From IMG/VR virus record IMGVR_UViG_2974529992_000001, positions 3,119 to 67,118 of that record: 64,000 nt of DNA, one strand, 5' to 3'. A program made the translations under genes and the position numbers. Positions 45,628 through 54,246 of this stretch are shown piece by piece (position 1 is the first letter of the stretch; every line of letters begins with the position of its first letter). Under the pieces are notes generated by a model. The model saw nothing but the letters and a program-made list of their open reading frames with translations. It was not told where the DNA came from and made no database searches. The stretch is from a virus (Duplodnaviria > Caudoviricetes).

Positions 45628-48063
45628 ATGGCAACTTTCGAGGACATGGCGCTCACCTCCTCACCGGAGGCGATCGAGCTGTGCAAGCACTGGATCAGGC
45701 AGGGCTGGGAGTTCAGGTCCAAGAAGAACCCGCACATCAAGAAGAGTCGCAAGGAATACAAGAAGAGGCTCAACTATGAATTCGATCAGATCGTCAGCAA
45801 GGGCTTCGTTGACTACTTCCTTGTATTGTCAGATGCTGTTAGATGGGCTAAAGACAATAAGATTCCTGTTGGACCGGCTCGCGGATCTGCAGCGGCAAGC
45901 CTCGTTTGCTATCTCCTCCGGATCACTGAGATCGATCCGATGCAGTTTCCTACTATGCTCTTTGCTCGTTTCATTGATCCAGACCGTCTTGACCTACCTG
46001 ACGTCGACCTGGATTTCGCAGACGACCGCCGCGAAGAAGTCCGGCAATATCTCGTCCGCAAGTATGGAGCGAATCGAGTTGGGAACATCGGTAACTTTAT
46101 ACGTTACCGAGGAAAGAACTCGATTGATGACGTCGCCCGCGTATATGGCATACCGAAATGGGCCGCTGAGGGCGTAAAGGGACTAATCGTTGAGCGGTCA
46201 GGAGGTGACGCACGGCAGTCGGAAAGCCTGACAGACACGTTCGACATGTTCCCGAAGGCGAAAGGGTTCGCCGATCAGTTCCCGATGCTTCGTAAGGCGG
46301 AGCTTCTGGAGGGCAACTACCGAGGCTTGAGCGTGCACGCGGCAGGCATCGTTATCTCCAACACCCCTATCCCGGAGACCTGCGCGGTCTACACACGAAC
46401 CAAGGCGGGCTCAGACGAGCCAGTCTCTGTCATTGCGTACGACAAGAACGACGCCGAGTATGTCGGTCTACTCAAGGCAGACTTCCTCGGCCTCACCACG
46501 ATGGGTATGATCGGACGTGCCCTAGACATGATTGGAATGGACCTTGAGGACCTCTACTCAATACCCATTACAGAAGAGGATACGCTTCAGGCTTTTGGGG
46601 AGAACAATCTGGTTGGAATATTTCAGTTTGAGGGTCGGGCAACGGCGATTGTCAATCGCGACGTACACCCCGACAATTTCGGTCATCTTGCGGACATCAA
46701 CGCATTGTCGCGTCCTGGCCCTCTATTCTCCGGAATGACTGCGAAGTACGTGGCGGTCAAGCATGGTCGAGAAGAGGCGGAACGCCTGCATCCAATCGTG
46801 GATGACCTCACGGACTGGACCTACGGTCAGATCGTGTATCAGGAGCAAGCGCTTTCGATCGTGAGAGACCTGGCCGGATTCCCGGTGTCTCGAGTTGGCG
46901 ACATCCGTCGCATCATCTCCAAAAAGCTCGGGCAGACCGTCATGGTAAACTTCCTGGAAGAGTTCGTGGAGGGGTGCCGATCTACCCACGGTATCAAGCC
47001 CGAGGTGAGCAAGCGAATTTGGGACTTCATCGCGACCAGTTCCACCTACTCGTTCAACCAGAGCCACTCCGTGAGTTACGCGATGCTAGCGTTCTGGGCG
47101 ATGTATCTGAAGATTCACTACCCGAAGGAGTTCTATGCTGCGTCACTATCCAAGATAGGCAACGGCAAGGCCGACCTCTGGAAGCGTTCACGCATGATTC
47201 TCGATGCGATGAAGAACGAGATCCCTGTACTTCCGCCAAGCCTTATGGACAGCGGGAGCACGTGGGCTGTCAACAACGAGGGCATCATCGGCGGGTTCGA
47301 GCAGGTGCACGGCATCGGCCCCAAGACAGCGATCAAGATCCTCGGAGTGAAGCAGGGCGTTCTCTGCTCGTGCGGGCACGATACGCACGAAGGCGGATGC
47401 ACTGCCATCTATCCGTGGGGTGGCGACTACCGTCAGTGCAAGTGTGAAGGTGGCGAATACATCGATCTCGAGTTCGGCTGGACCGAGCTGGAGAAGATCG
47501 CAGGCATTGGACCCGCCACGGTCAAGAAGATCCTGAGCATGGTGGAGAGCGCCGACCCGTACCAGGTTAACCGCACAGCCGAGATACTCGACGCCGCTCG
47601 AGAGGCCATAGCGGGCATGGGCATGGTTACACCTACACACCACAGCACCCGTAGCATCTCAGAATGGGGCCTGGAACCCATGCCTCAGACTGGAGAGCAC
47701 GATGTCGTGTGGATCGGCATGGCTCGTAATCTGAACTACAAGGATTATGTCGAGGCGACACGAACCCGTACCGGTCGGGAGGAAGAGGACATTATCGCAG
47801 AGATGCGAGACCCCGACCTTCGAAAGTCGTGCGTTATCCAGGCGTACGACGAGGGGGACGAGGACGTCTATCTGCGAATCAACCGCTGGAAGTTCCCAGA
47901 GGTGGAGCAGGAGCTCGAAGCGATCATGAAGGATCAGGACGTGATCCTGGCGGTAGGCCGGAAGCGCGAGGACTTCGGCATATCCATTCATGTGCAAGAT
48001 CTCGTGGTGCTCCAGAACGAGATGGAGGAAGACGAAGAGGATGAGGACGAGGACACCGTGTAG
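45628..48063 (+). CDS. dnaE: DnaE-like DNA polymerase III alpha, catalytic part
   Basis: GPARGSAAASL, PDVDLDF, SVHAAG, KADFLG, YSFNQSH; C-terminal OB-like fold. Confidence 0.93.
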   Translation: MATFEDMALTSSPEAIELCKHWIRQGWEFRSKKNPHIKKSRKEYKKRLNYEFDQIVSKGFVDYFLVLSDAVRWAKDNKIPVGPARGSAAASLVCYLLRITEIDPMQFPTMLFARFIDPDRLDLPDVDLDFADDRREEVRQYLVRKYGANRVGNIGNFIRYRGKNSIDDVARVYGIPKWAAEGVKGLIVERSGGDARQSESLTDTFDMFPKAKGFADQFPMLRKAELLEGNYRGLSVHAAGIVISNTPIPETCAVYTRTKAGSDEPVSVIAYDKNDAEYVGLLKADFLGLTTMGMIGRALDMIGMDLEDLYSIPITEEDTLQAFGENNLVGIFQFEGRATAIVNRDVHPDNFGHLADINALSRPGPLFSGMTAKYVAVKHGREEAERLHPIVDDLTDWTYGQIVYQEQALSIVRDLAGFPVSRVGDIRRIISKKLGQTVMVNFLEEFVEGCRSTHGIKPEVSKRIWDFIATSSTYSFNQSHSVSYAMLAFWAMYLKIHYPKEFYAASLSKIGNGKADLWKRSRMILDAMKNEIPVLPPSLMDSGSTWAVNNEGIIGGFEQVHGIGPKTAIKILGVKQGVLCSCGHDTHEGGCTAIYPWGGDYRQCKCEGGEYIDLEFGWTELEKIAGIGPATVKKILSMVESADPYQVNRTAEILDAAREAIAGMGMVTPTHHSTRSISEWGLEPMPQTGEHDVVWIGMARNLNYKDYVEATRTRTGREEEDIIAEMRDPDLRKSCVIQAYDEGDEDVYLRINRWKFPEVEQELEAIMKDQDVILAVGRKREDFGISIHVQDLVVLQNEMEEDEEDEDEDTV

Positions 48064-48106
48064 CTCCAGGCACGGAAAGCACTGCTCTCAGGAGCACGCA
48101 GACCTC

Positions 48107-48244
48107 ATGCGGGGATACTGGGCCGAGCGGGAGCGTCAGGAACTCGCTCTAGAGAACGAGCTCTACAAGGAGTCGGACGGCAATGACCGTCCGGCTCTTT
48201 TGTCATTCCATGAGTGGCTTAAAGGATCTCGGAGAAGACTTTAA
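48107..48244 (+). CDS. Small hypothetical protein (45 aa)
   Basis: MRGYWAERE...SFHEWLKG; start uncertain. Confidence 0.45.
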   Translation: MRGYWAERERQELALENELYKESDGNDRPALLSFHEWLKGSRRRL

Positions 48245-48274
48245 CTGTCCGGCCCGGAGTTAAACTCGATGGGG

Positions 48275-48303
48275 TTGCACCCATACTAGTTATGTACTAG
48301 TGT
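48275..48303 (+). promoter_or_regulatory. Sigma-A-like promoter
   Basis: TTGCAC-17-TAGTGT, intergenic. Confidence 0.7.
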
Positions 48304-48348
48304 TGTACGGGTAAGCGCAGCAGCGTTTACCACGATCAGGGAGAACAA

Positions 48349-48921
48349 ATGAAATTCAAGAAGCTACTCAAGATCGCGAAGAAGATCCGGGAGCGCCAGG
48401 AACATGAGATGCGTCGCCGTTCGGTGATGCATTCCGAGACCATCAACCGCATCCACCGCCTCGAGCAGGTCGTCCAGGACACACAGGGCTCGGTCAACGA
48501 CCTCGCAGACAGTATCGACATCGCCAGGGGAACTCTCGGGAACATCTACACCGAGGTCGTGCAGGACACCGTCGACGCCGAGAGCGACCCCATCGTCAAG
48601 CCGATCGATCCCTCCGACCCTATTCTCGAGCCGGTCGCGCCTCTCGCATTCCAGGAAGTCCGGATGAAGCCCGAGACCTTCGACGAGCTGCACTCGGTCA
48701 TCGCAACCCTCGCGGCAGGCGGCACCATCCGCGGAGACCGGCTCCCCGAGGACGTGCTCGACGTGATCAAGGCCGCAGACAGCGCCCTCACGGACATGCG
48801 GTTCGGCGACGAGATCAAGGCCCTCCGGGACGCCGCCGATCTCGGTTACCCACATCCCGACACGGTCGAATGGGAAGACGCCAACGACCACGCCGACAAC
48901 GTGGGCAAGGACGGTCTGTGA
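48349..48921 (+). CDS. Hypothetical coiled-coil protein (190 aa)
   Basis: SD GGGAG; strong codon bias. Confidence 0.75.
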   Translation: MKFKKLLKIAKKIRERQEHEMRRRSVMHSETINRIHRLEQVVQDTQGSVNDLADSIDIARGTLGNIYTEVVQDTVDAESDPIVKPIDPSDPILEPVAPLAFQEVRMKPETFDELHSVIATLAAGGTIRGDRLPEDVLDVIKAADSALTDMRFGDEIKALRDAADLGYPHPDTVEWEDANDHADNVGKDGL

Positions 48922-49385
48922 TGAACCAGCGACAGCGTGCCGAACACGCCCAGAACCTCAAGATCCAGAATCTGGAGGCAGACGTCAAGCGGCATCAGAA
49001 GATGTGGGACAATCAGTACGACCGCATCGAACAGGTCGACGAGCGGTTGGAAGAGCGCACTTCCATGCTCGCCAAGAACCTCGGCGACGTTCACAAGATC
49101 CTGGACGAGTTTCAGAAGGCGGTCCGCAACCGCGACCTGAAGCTGATCTGCTACGAACTCGCCAGCAAGGCCGACATCGAGGGTCGTGGCGAGCACGACG
49201 CACTGACGGAAGCCAAGCGCCTCTACGAGTGGGTGCTGGAGAACGAATCCGAGCAAACGGGGGATCCGGACGGTCTCTCTGAAGAAGAGCTGGAGGGTCT
49301 GGCAGACGAACCGCTTCCCCCGCAAGAGTTCTACGACGCACTGGACGAGACTCGCGGCCTCGATCCGGAATCGACACACCGATGA
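48921..49385 (+). CDS. Hypothetical coiled-coil protein (154 aa)
   Basis: TGATG overlap. Confidence 0.72.
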   Translation: MNQRQRAEHAQNLKIQNLEADVKRHQKMWDNQYDRIEQVDERLEERTSMLAKNLGDVHKILDEFQKAVRNRDLKLICYELASKADIEGRGEHDALTEAKRLYEWVLENESEQTGDPDGLSEEELEGLADEPLPPQEFYDALDETRGLDPESTHR

Positions 49386-49624
49386 GCTTTCTGGAGGGGC
49401 ACCGTATCACCGGCAAGCTGTGCAGCGCATTCTGCGACAGGCCGTCGGGGTGTGGCAACTCGGGACCGCAGTACGCGGGAAAAGTTCTCGAGGACGAAAT
49501 GCCTTCGTCTTTCGAACCCGGGATCGGCTACGTGAGGGTGCAGGTCGTCAGTTGTCCGGAACGACCTGAGGCCGTTGGCAATGAGCGAACAGTGTCCTCT
49601 CATCTCATCGAACATCTGGACTAG
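49382..49624 (+). CDS. Small Cys-rich protein (80 aa)
   Basis: CSAFCDRPSGC; ATGA overlap. Confidence 0.6.
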   Translation: MSFLEGHRITGKLCSAFCDRPSGCGNSGPQYAGKVLEDEMPSSFEPGIGYVRVQVVSCPERPEAVGNERTVSSHLIEHLD

Positions 49625-49632
49625 GAGAAGAA

Positions 49633-50769
49633 GTGAGTAATGAATCCAGCAAGGCCGTCGTCAAATACAGCGATGAGGCGATGTTCACGGCGGAACACGC
49701 GAAGGACACCGGAGGAGGAGATCATCGTCCTCGTGTACGACTCCTGGACGCTCCGAGTGACCCCCTCGGGAAGCTCGCGTTCCTCGCCAAGACCTATCAG
49801 GGTCGGTTCCCCGACAGTTACGCGGACATCTCCGACGAGGACCGGCTCTACTACGTTCAGGACATGGAAAAGAACATCCTGGGAATGCCGTCTGAGGCTG
49901 TCCAGTTCCACTTCCTTCTCGAGAACGTTACCCGATCGTTTACGCATCAACTCGTTCGTACTCGACACGCTTCATATGCTCAAGAATCCATGCGATTCGC
50001 AGTCAAAGAGGACTTCCCCGTCCAACTACCTCCGAGCCTCGTGGGGACTCTAAGCCGCGACGAGTGGTGGGACTCCATTCAAGACGAAGGCGTGAACTTC
50101 GAGTTCTGGGCCGAGGAGCGTCTTCGTGAATATGAAGAGCGTTACGCCTCGGACCGACAGAAGATGCGGTTCGTGTGGGACGAGAAGATCGCCTCGGTTA
50201 GTGACGGGTACGCCCAGCTGATCAACATGGGGATGCCCGCCGAGGACGCACGTGGTCTGGCACCGCACGCTATCGTCACGAAGATCAACTGGGTGGTGGA
50301 CCTACGGGCTCTCATGGCCACGGCAGGTCAGCGCCTCTGCACACAGGCGCAATGGGAGCACCGCGAGATGTGGGCCAGCCTGATCCAGTCCATCCGTGAC
50401 TACGGTCGGAAGACAACCCACACGAGGCCCGTGATCGACACGGACGAACCTCAGGACATATTCATGGGAATCGCCCAAGCGTCTTCCTCATGGCAGTTCG
50501 ACTTCCTGGCGGATCGCTTCAAGCCGGTGTGCTACCAGACAGGTCGATGCCAGTTCCGCAGCGACTTCGACCGGTACTGCAATATCCGTGATCGCGTGGA
50601 GCTCAACGCCAAGCATGGGCGTCCTTCGAACGAGTGGGACACAACCAACGTGGAACTCGGTATCCCAGAAATCGGCCCGCACGAGTGGCTGGATCCCAAC
50701 GCGGCTATCATGCCGACGGGCGACTGGCGGAGCGCCGAGGCACAGGCCAACATCAAGGACCGGCGGTGA
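49633..50769 (+). CDS. thyX: Flavin-dependent thymidylate synthase
   Basis: TRSFTHQLVRTRHASYAQESMRF; EDARGLAP; QRLCTQAQWE. Confidence 0.9.
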   Translation: MSNESSKAVVKYSDEAMFTAEHAKDTGGGDHRPRVRLLDAPSDPLGKLAFLAKTYQGRFPDSYADISDEDRLYYVQDMEKNILGMPSEAVQFHFLLENVTRSFTHQLVRTRHASYAQESMRFAVKEDFPVQLPPSLVGTLSRDEWWDSIQDEGVNFEFWAEERLREYEERYASDRQKMRFVWDEKIASVSDGYAQLINMGMPAEDARGLAPHAIVTKINWVVDLRALMATAGQRLCTQAQWEHREMWASLIQSIRDYGRKTTHTRPVIDTDEPQDIFMGIAQASSSWQFDFLADRFKPVCYQTGRCQFRSDFDRYCNIRDRVELNAKHGRPSNEWDTTNVELGIPEIGPHEWLDPNAAIMPTGDWRSAEAQANIKDRR

Positions 50770-50936
50770 GCCTGGTCGCGGTTCCTCACGGCGAGTGTGC
50801 CTCCTGCGGGCACAGCGGCGAACTGGTCGACGTGGTCGTGATCGCGATCGCCATGAAACGTGAAGCCAAGGGTTGCTCGAAGTGCTACAGCCCGCGCATG
50901 AAGCGTCGATGGGTTGTGGAGAAAGAGAAAACGTGA
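50766..50936 (+). CDS. Small zinc-ribbon protein (56 aa)
   Basis: CASC...CSKC; GTGA overlap. Confidence 0.6.
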   Translation: MSLVAVPHGECASCGHSGELVDVVVIAIAMKREAKGCSKCYSPRMKRRWVVEKEKT

Positions 50937-51012
50937 CAGACCTGATCGTGTGGGCGGCGATACTCGTCCTCGCACTATTCGCAGGATACACACTCCTTTA
51001 TGGAAGGAAAGG

Positions 51013-51324
51013 GTGATGCAAGAAGACTTCCCAAACTTGAGCGGCCGACAGGCTGCCCGAGCAGATCATCTGGTGAGGACGTACACCGGGGTTTTCACGA
51101 ACACGCAAGACGCCACCATCAATCTCGGCGAGCGCCTGTCTCTCGAGTTCTCGGTACAGGGCAGCTACGGCGTGAAACTCCAGTTCACGAACACGGCCCT
51201 TCGTCAGGAGACCAAGTACCAGGAGATCAACATCCCTTTCGAGAAGACCGAATGGAAGGTGAGCGCCAGAACGGTCACCAAGATCGTCAAGGCGATCCTG
51301 TTCGTGGAGGAGATCTACTCATGA
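51013..51324 (+). CDS. Hypothetical protein (about 103 aa)
   Basis: SD GGAAGG; GTG/ATG at 51013/51016. Confidence 0.7.
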   Translation: MMQEDFPNLSGRQAARADHLVRTYTGVFTNTQDATINLGERLSLEFSVQGSYGVKLQFTNTALRQETKYQEINIPFEKTEWKVSARTVTKIVKAILFVEEIYS

Positions 51325-51488
51325 GCGGAATGCCCGAGAATCCGCCGGAGTGGTATCTCAGCCTCGCCGACGATTCCCCGGAGAAAATCGCCATCGACCG
51401 GTACATCGGTATGGGCGACAGCCTGAACAGCTGGGGCTACATGGCTCCGGAACTGAAAGAGCTTTACTACGACAAGAAAGAAGTGTGA
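51321..51488 (+). CDS. Small hypothetical protein (55 aa)
   Basis: SD GGAGG; ATGA overlap. Confidence 0.6.
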   Translation: MSGMPENPPEWYLSLADDSPEKIAIDRYIGMGDSLNSWGYMAPELKELYYDKKEV

Positions 51489-51489
51489 C

Positions 51490-52125
51490 ATGACCGACCC
51501 GATCACCGAGGGGATTGACCCCGAAACCGTCAAGCGATACGAAGCGCTGGTGGACGAGATCATGAGCGAGTTCGACGAGGACGAGCTCACCAAGGCCAAC
51601 GAACTCGTCAAGCGGTACGAACGCCGCGTCACCGACGTCGACGCCTTCATCGTCCGAGAGAACTACGGAGAGCTGATCTCGCCTCTTCCGCCACAATTCG
51701 CGGCGAAGGACGAGCAGATGCGGATCCTCTCGGACTGGTTCCTCAAGCTGTTCCAGACCCTGGAGAACGACAAGGGTCACACGATCGGCGGCGGACCTCT
51801 CCGGGTGGAGGACGAGTGCCCGCTCTGGGGATTCCAGCTGACCATGACCCAGGGACTCGTCCCGATGGGTCACAAGGGCATCCAGGAACTGACTGCGATG
51901 CTCGCGGAGAAGGGCTGGGACGAGGACATCGCCGTCCGGGCGAGCGTTTTCGCCAGCGAGAACTTCGTGCTCATGGAGTTCCTGAAGTCGCGGCTGAACG
52001 CGCTTGTCGGGCCGACCGCCGACTTCCTCTCGCTCGGGGACGTGATCGGGCTGCTCGTGGCAGCGGTGCGAGCCAACGGCGGAGACATGCTCCAGGTCAA
52101 CAAGGAGGACGGAGAGCGTGACTGA
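51490..52125 (+). CDS. Hypothetical acidic protein (211 aa)
   Basis: Phage-like codon usage, coupled. Confidence 0.75.
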   Translation: MTDPITEGIDPETVKRYEALVDEIMSEFDEDELTKANELVKRYERRVTDVDAFIVRENYGELISPLPPQFAAKDEQMRILSDWFLKLFQTLENDKGHTIGGGPLRVEDECPLWGFQLTMTQGLVPMGHKGIQELTAMLAEKGWDEDIAVRASVFASENFVLMEFLKSRLNALVGPTADFLSLGDVIGLLVAAVRANGGDMLQVNKEDGERD

Positions 52126-52405
52126 TGAGGCCAATGCCTCGCAGCAGGGGGAGGGGGAAGCCCCTCCTTCTGCTGTTCTCGAGGCCACCGAACAACTGCG
52201 CGTCGCCATGCGCGCGCTGCATCTATTCGCCGACGCAATGCGCCAAAGGAGCCACGATCTGAGGCAGCGTGGTGTGGCCGCTGGCCTGGCAATGCAACGC
52301 GGTAGCGCTGCCAGGGCGCTCACGCCGGTCGAAAGGCGCGCCAAGCAAGCCAAACGCAAGGCCAGCAAGGCAGGCCGCAAGAACAATCGAAAGGGCAAGA
52401 AATGA
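52118..52405 (+). CDS. Hypothetical protein with basic tail (95 aa)
   Basis: Coupled ORF; SD GGAG. Confidence 0.6.
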   Translation: MTDEANASQQGEGEAPPSAVLEATEQLRVAMRALHLFADAMRQRSHDLRQRGVAAGLAMQRGSAARALTPVERRAKQAKRKASKAGRKNNRKGKK

Positions 52406-52734
52406 CCGAGCATCTCCTTCCTCACGACGTACTCACCTTCCAGGAAGCCCTCGACGCAGGTCACGACGAGTGGATGATCAAGAGCTGGGCGCGCGGAGTC
52501 GCCGATCAGATCTCCATCGATCTCATGGTCGCGAACAAGACCGTCTCCGAGATCGTGCAGGCAGCGATCGTCGTCTACGACTACTACGTGAACCACGTCA
52601 TGTCCGTGCAGCCGATGGGCCTTCTCTACCCAAGCAATCAGGAGGTGAAGAAGGTCTATCAGGACTTCCTGGACGAACAACAGAGGCGGTACGAGACCAG
52701 CCGCGACAAGGCTCGCGAGTCCGGGAATGAGTGA
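52402..52734 (+). CDS. Hypothetical protein (110 aa)
   Basis: ATGA overlap. Confidence 0.7.
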   Translation: MTEHLLPHDVLTFQEALDAGHDEWMIKSWARGVADQISIDLMVANKTVSEIVQAAIVVYDYYVNHVMSVQPMGLLYPSNQEVKKVYQDFLDEQQRRYETSRDKARESGNE

Positions 52735-53548
52735 CGAGAAGCCGGAAGAACCGGCACGGCTCAAGCGGAAGCGCCCCAAGGCACCGCAGATAATCCAGAT
52801 GTCGGAGCGTCCTCAGCGCGACGTGAAGCGCGAGAAACGACAGCAGGACCGTCTGCGGGAGCGCATGTGCCCCGAGAAGATCTCCCGCGAAGACCTGGAG
52901 ATCGAGGACTACGCCTGCGTGATCGCGCTGGACCCTGGCGGAACGACCGGCTGGTCTCTGTTCCAAGTGCAGCCCGAGGCTCTATCCTCTTTGGAAGAGC
53001 ACGAGCAATACAACGTGCTCAAGAACGTAGTGGACTGGAAGCATGGACAGATCGATTGTGGTTCTCAGAAAGGGAACCGAGGGGTCGGTGGATACCGAGA
53101 CATTAGTACAAGCGGCGAAGCTGTTGGCGAGGGAGAAATCCTTGGGCTTCTCCGAAGCTGGCCCGCTGCGGCAATCGTTATCGAGGATTTCATCCTTGAT
53201 CCCAAGCGTTTCAACATGGGACGAGACCTTCTATCTCCAGTTAGGATCACGTCCGTTGTATCTTACGATCTCTGGCTCCAGGGACGTGATTATTTTGTCC
53301 AGGGTGCCTCCCTTGCTAAGACCACGGCTACTGACGAAAAGCTGAAAGCGTGGGGGTACTATAGTAGTACAGGTGGCCTAGGCCACGCCCGGGACGCAGA
53401 TCGTCACGCGCTTACGTTCTTCAAGAGAGCGGCACAGCGCACGCCGGAAGGCAGGGAGCTTCGCGAGCGCGCGTGGCCGCACCTGTACGGACGGGGTGAG
53501 GAGTTCTACGACCCCGGCAAGACCGCTTCGCAGAGGAGGACGGGATGA
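52727..53548 (+). CDS. RuvC-like Holliday junction resolvase
   Basis: VIALDPGGTTGWS; IVIEDF; HARDADRHA. Confidence 0.85.
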   Translation: MSDEKPEEPARLKRKRPKAPQIIQMSERPQRDVKREKRQQDRLRERMCPEKISREDLEIEDYACVIALDPGGTTGWSLFQVQPEALSSLEEHEQYNVLKNVVDWKHGQIDCGSQKGNRGVGGYRDISTSGEAVGEGEILGLLRSWPAAAIVIEDFILDPKRFNMGRDLLSPVRITSVVSYDLWLQGRDYFVQGASLAKTTATDEKLKAWGYYSSTGGLGHARDADRHALTFFKRAAQRTPEGRELRERAWPHLYGRGEEFYDPGKTASQRRTG

Positions 53549-53835
53549 AGAATTTGTTCCCGAACAAATGGTCGTACGGGTCGTGGTTCTTCACAATCGC
53601 AGCCTTCGCAAATATGGCAACAATCATCGCAGGCTACGAAATAATCCCGGACTCCGTGGAGTGGTTGATGCTCCTCTTGTTCCTGTTCTGCATCTACATG
53701 GAATACAGGGAGAAGCGCGGTGGTGGGCCACCCAAGTTCGTGAAGAAGGCCAAGAAGAAGCTGAAGGCCGTGAAGGACCTGGCCGTCCGTAAGGTGGAGG
53801 GCTGGGGAGCACAGCCCGGATTGGCGGGAGCATGA
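53545..53835 (+). CDS. Two-TM membrane protein (96 aa)
   Basis: Two hydrophobic segments, basic tail. Confidence 0.7.
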   Translation: MKNLFPNKWSYGSWFFTIAAFANMATIIAGYEIIPDSVEWLMLLLFLFCIYMEYREKRGGGPPKFVKKAKKKLKAVKDLAVRKVEGWGAQPGLAGA

Positions 53836-54065
53836 AATCCAAATCCAGGCCCTGTGATTTCTGCGGGACCAATCCCACCTCTGCTTTCGACGAAATGAAC
53901 GACGGTCGTCGCATGTGCACGGAATGCTACAACGACCAGTATGGAGAGGGTGACTACAGTGGTACGGGACAAACCATTGATCCTGAAGAGTTCAACGAAG
54001 GAGATAGTCGCACTGAATTCAATGTGCTTTCCCCCGAAGAAATTGGAGCGTCCTCCGATGGCTGA
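53832..54065 (+). CDS. Small zinc-finger protein (77 aa)
   Basis: CDFC...CTEC. Confidence 0.6.
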   Translation: MKSKSRPCDFCGTNPTSAFDEMNDGRRMCTECYNDQYGEGDYSGTGQTIDPEEFNEGDSRTEFNVLSPEEIGASSDG

Positions 54066-54246
54066 GGTTGGCGTCGGCGAACTCGGTGACGAAGAGGCTC
54101 GCACACACCAAGGCCACACCTTCCTCTCCTATGAGGAGAAGCAGAAGCTCATTCGGGACGCGAAGGCAATGGGCATGACACAGTCAGCCTATCTTCGACA
54201 CCTGGTCGTCAAGGCCTCCGTGAACGTGGAATCAGAGGTAGCGTAA
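54058..54246 (+). CDS. Ribbon-helix-helix-like DNA-binding protein (62 aa)
   Basis: TFLSYEEKQKLIRDAKAMGMTQSAYLRHLV; stop abuts the primase start. Confidence 0.7.
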   Translation: MAEVGVGELGDEEARTHQGHTFLSYEEKQKLIRDAKAMGMTQSAYLRHLVVKASVNVESEVA

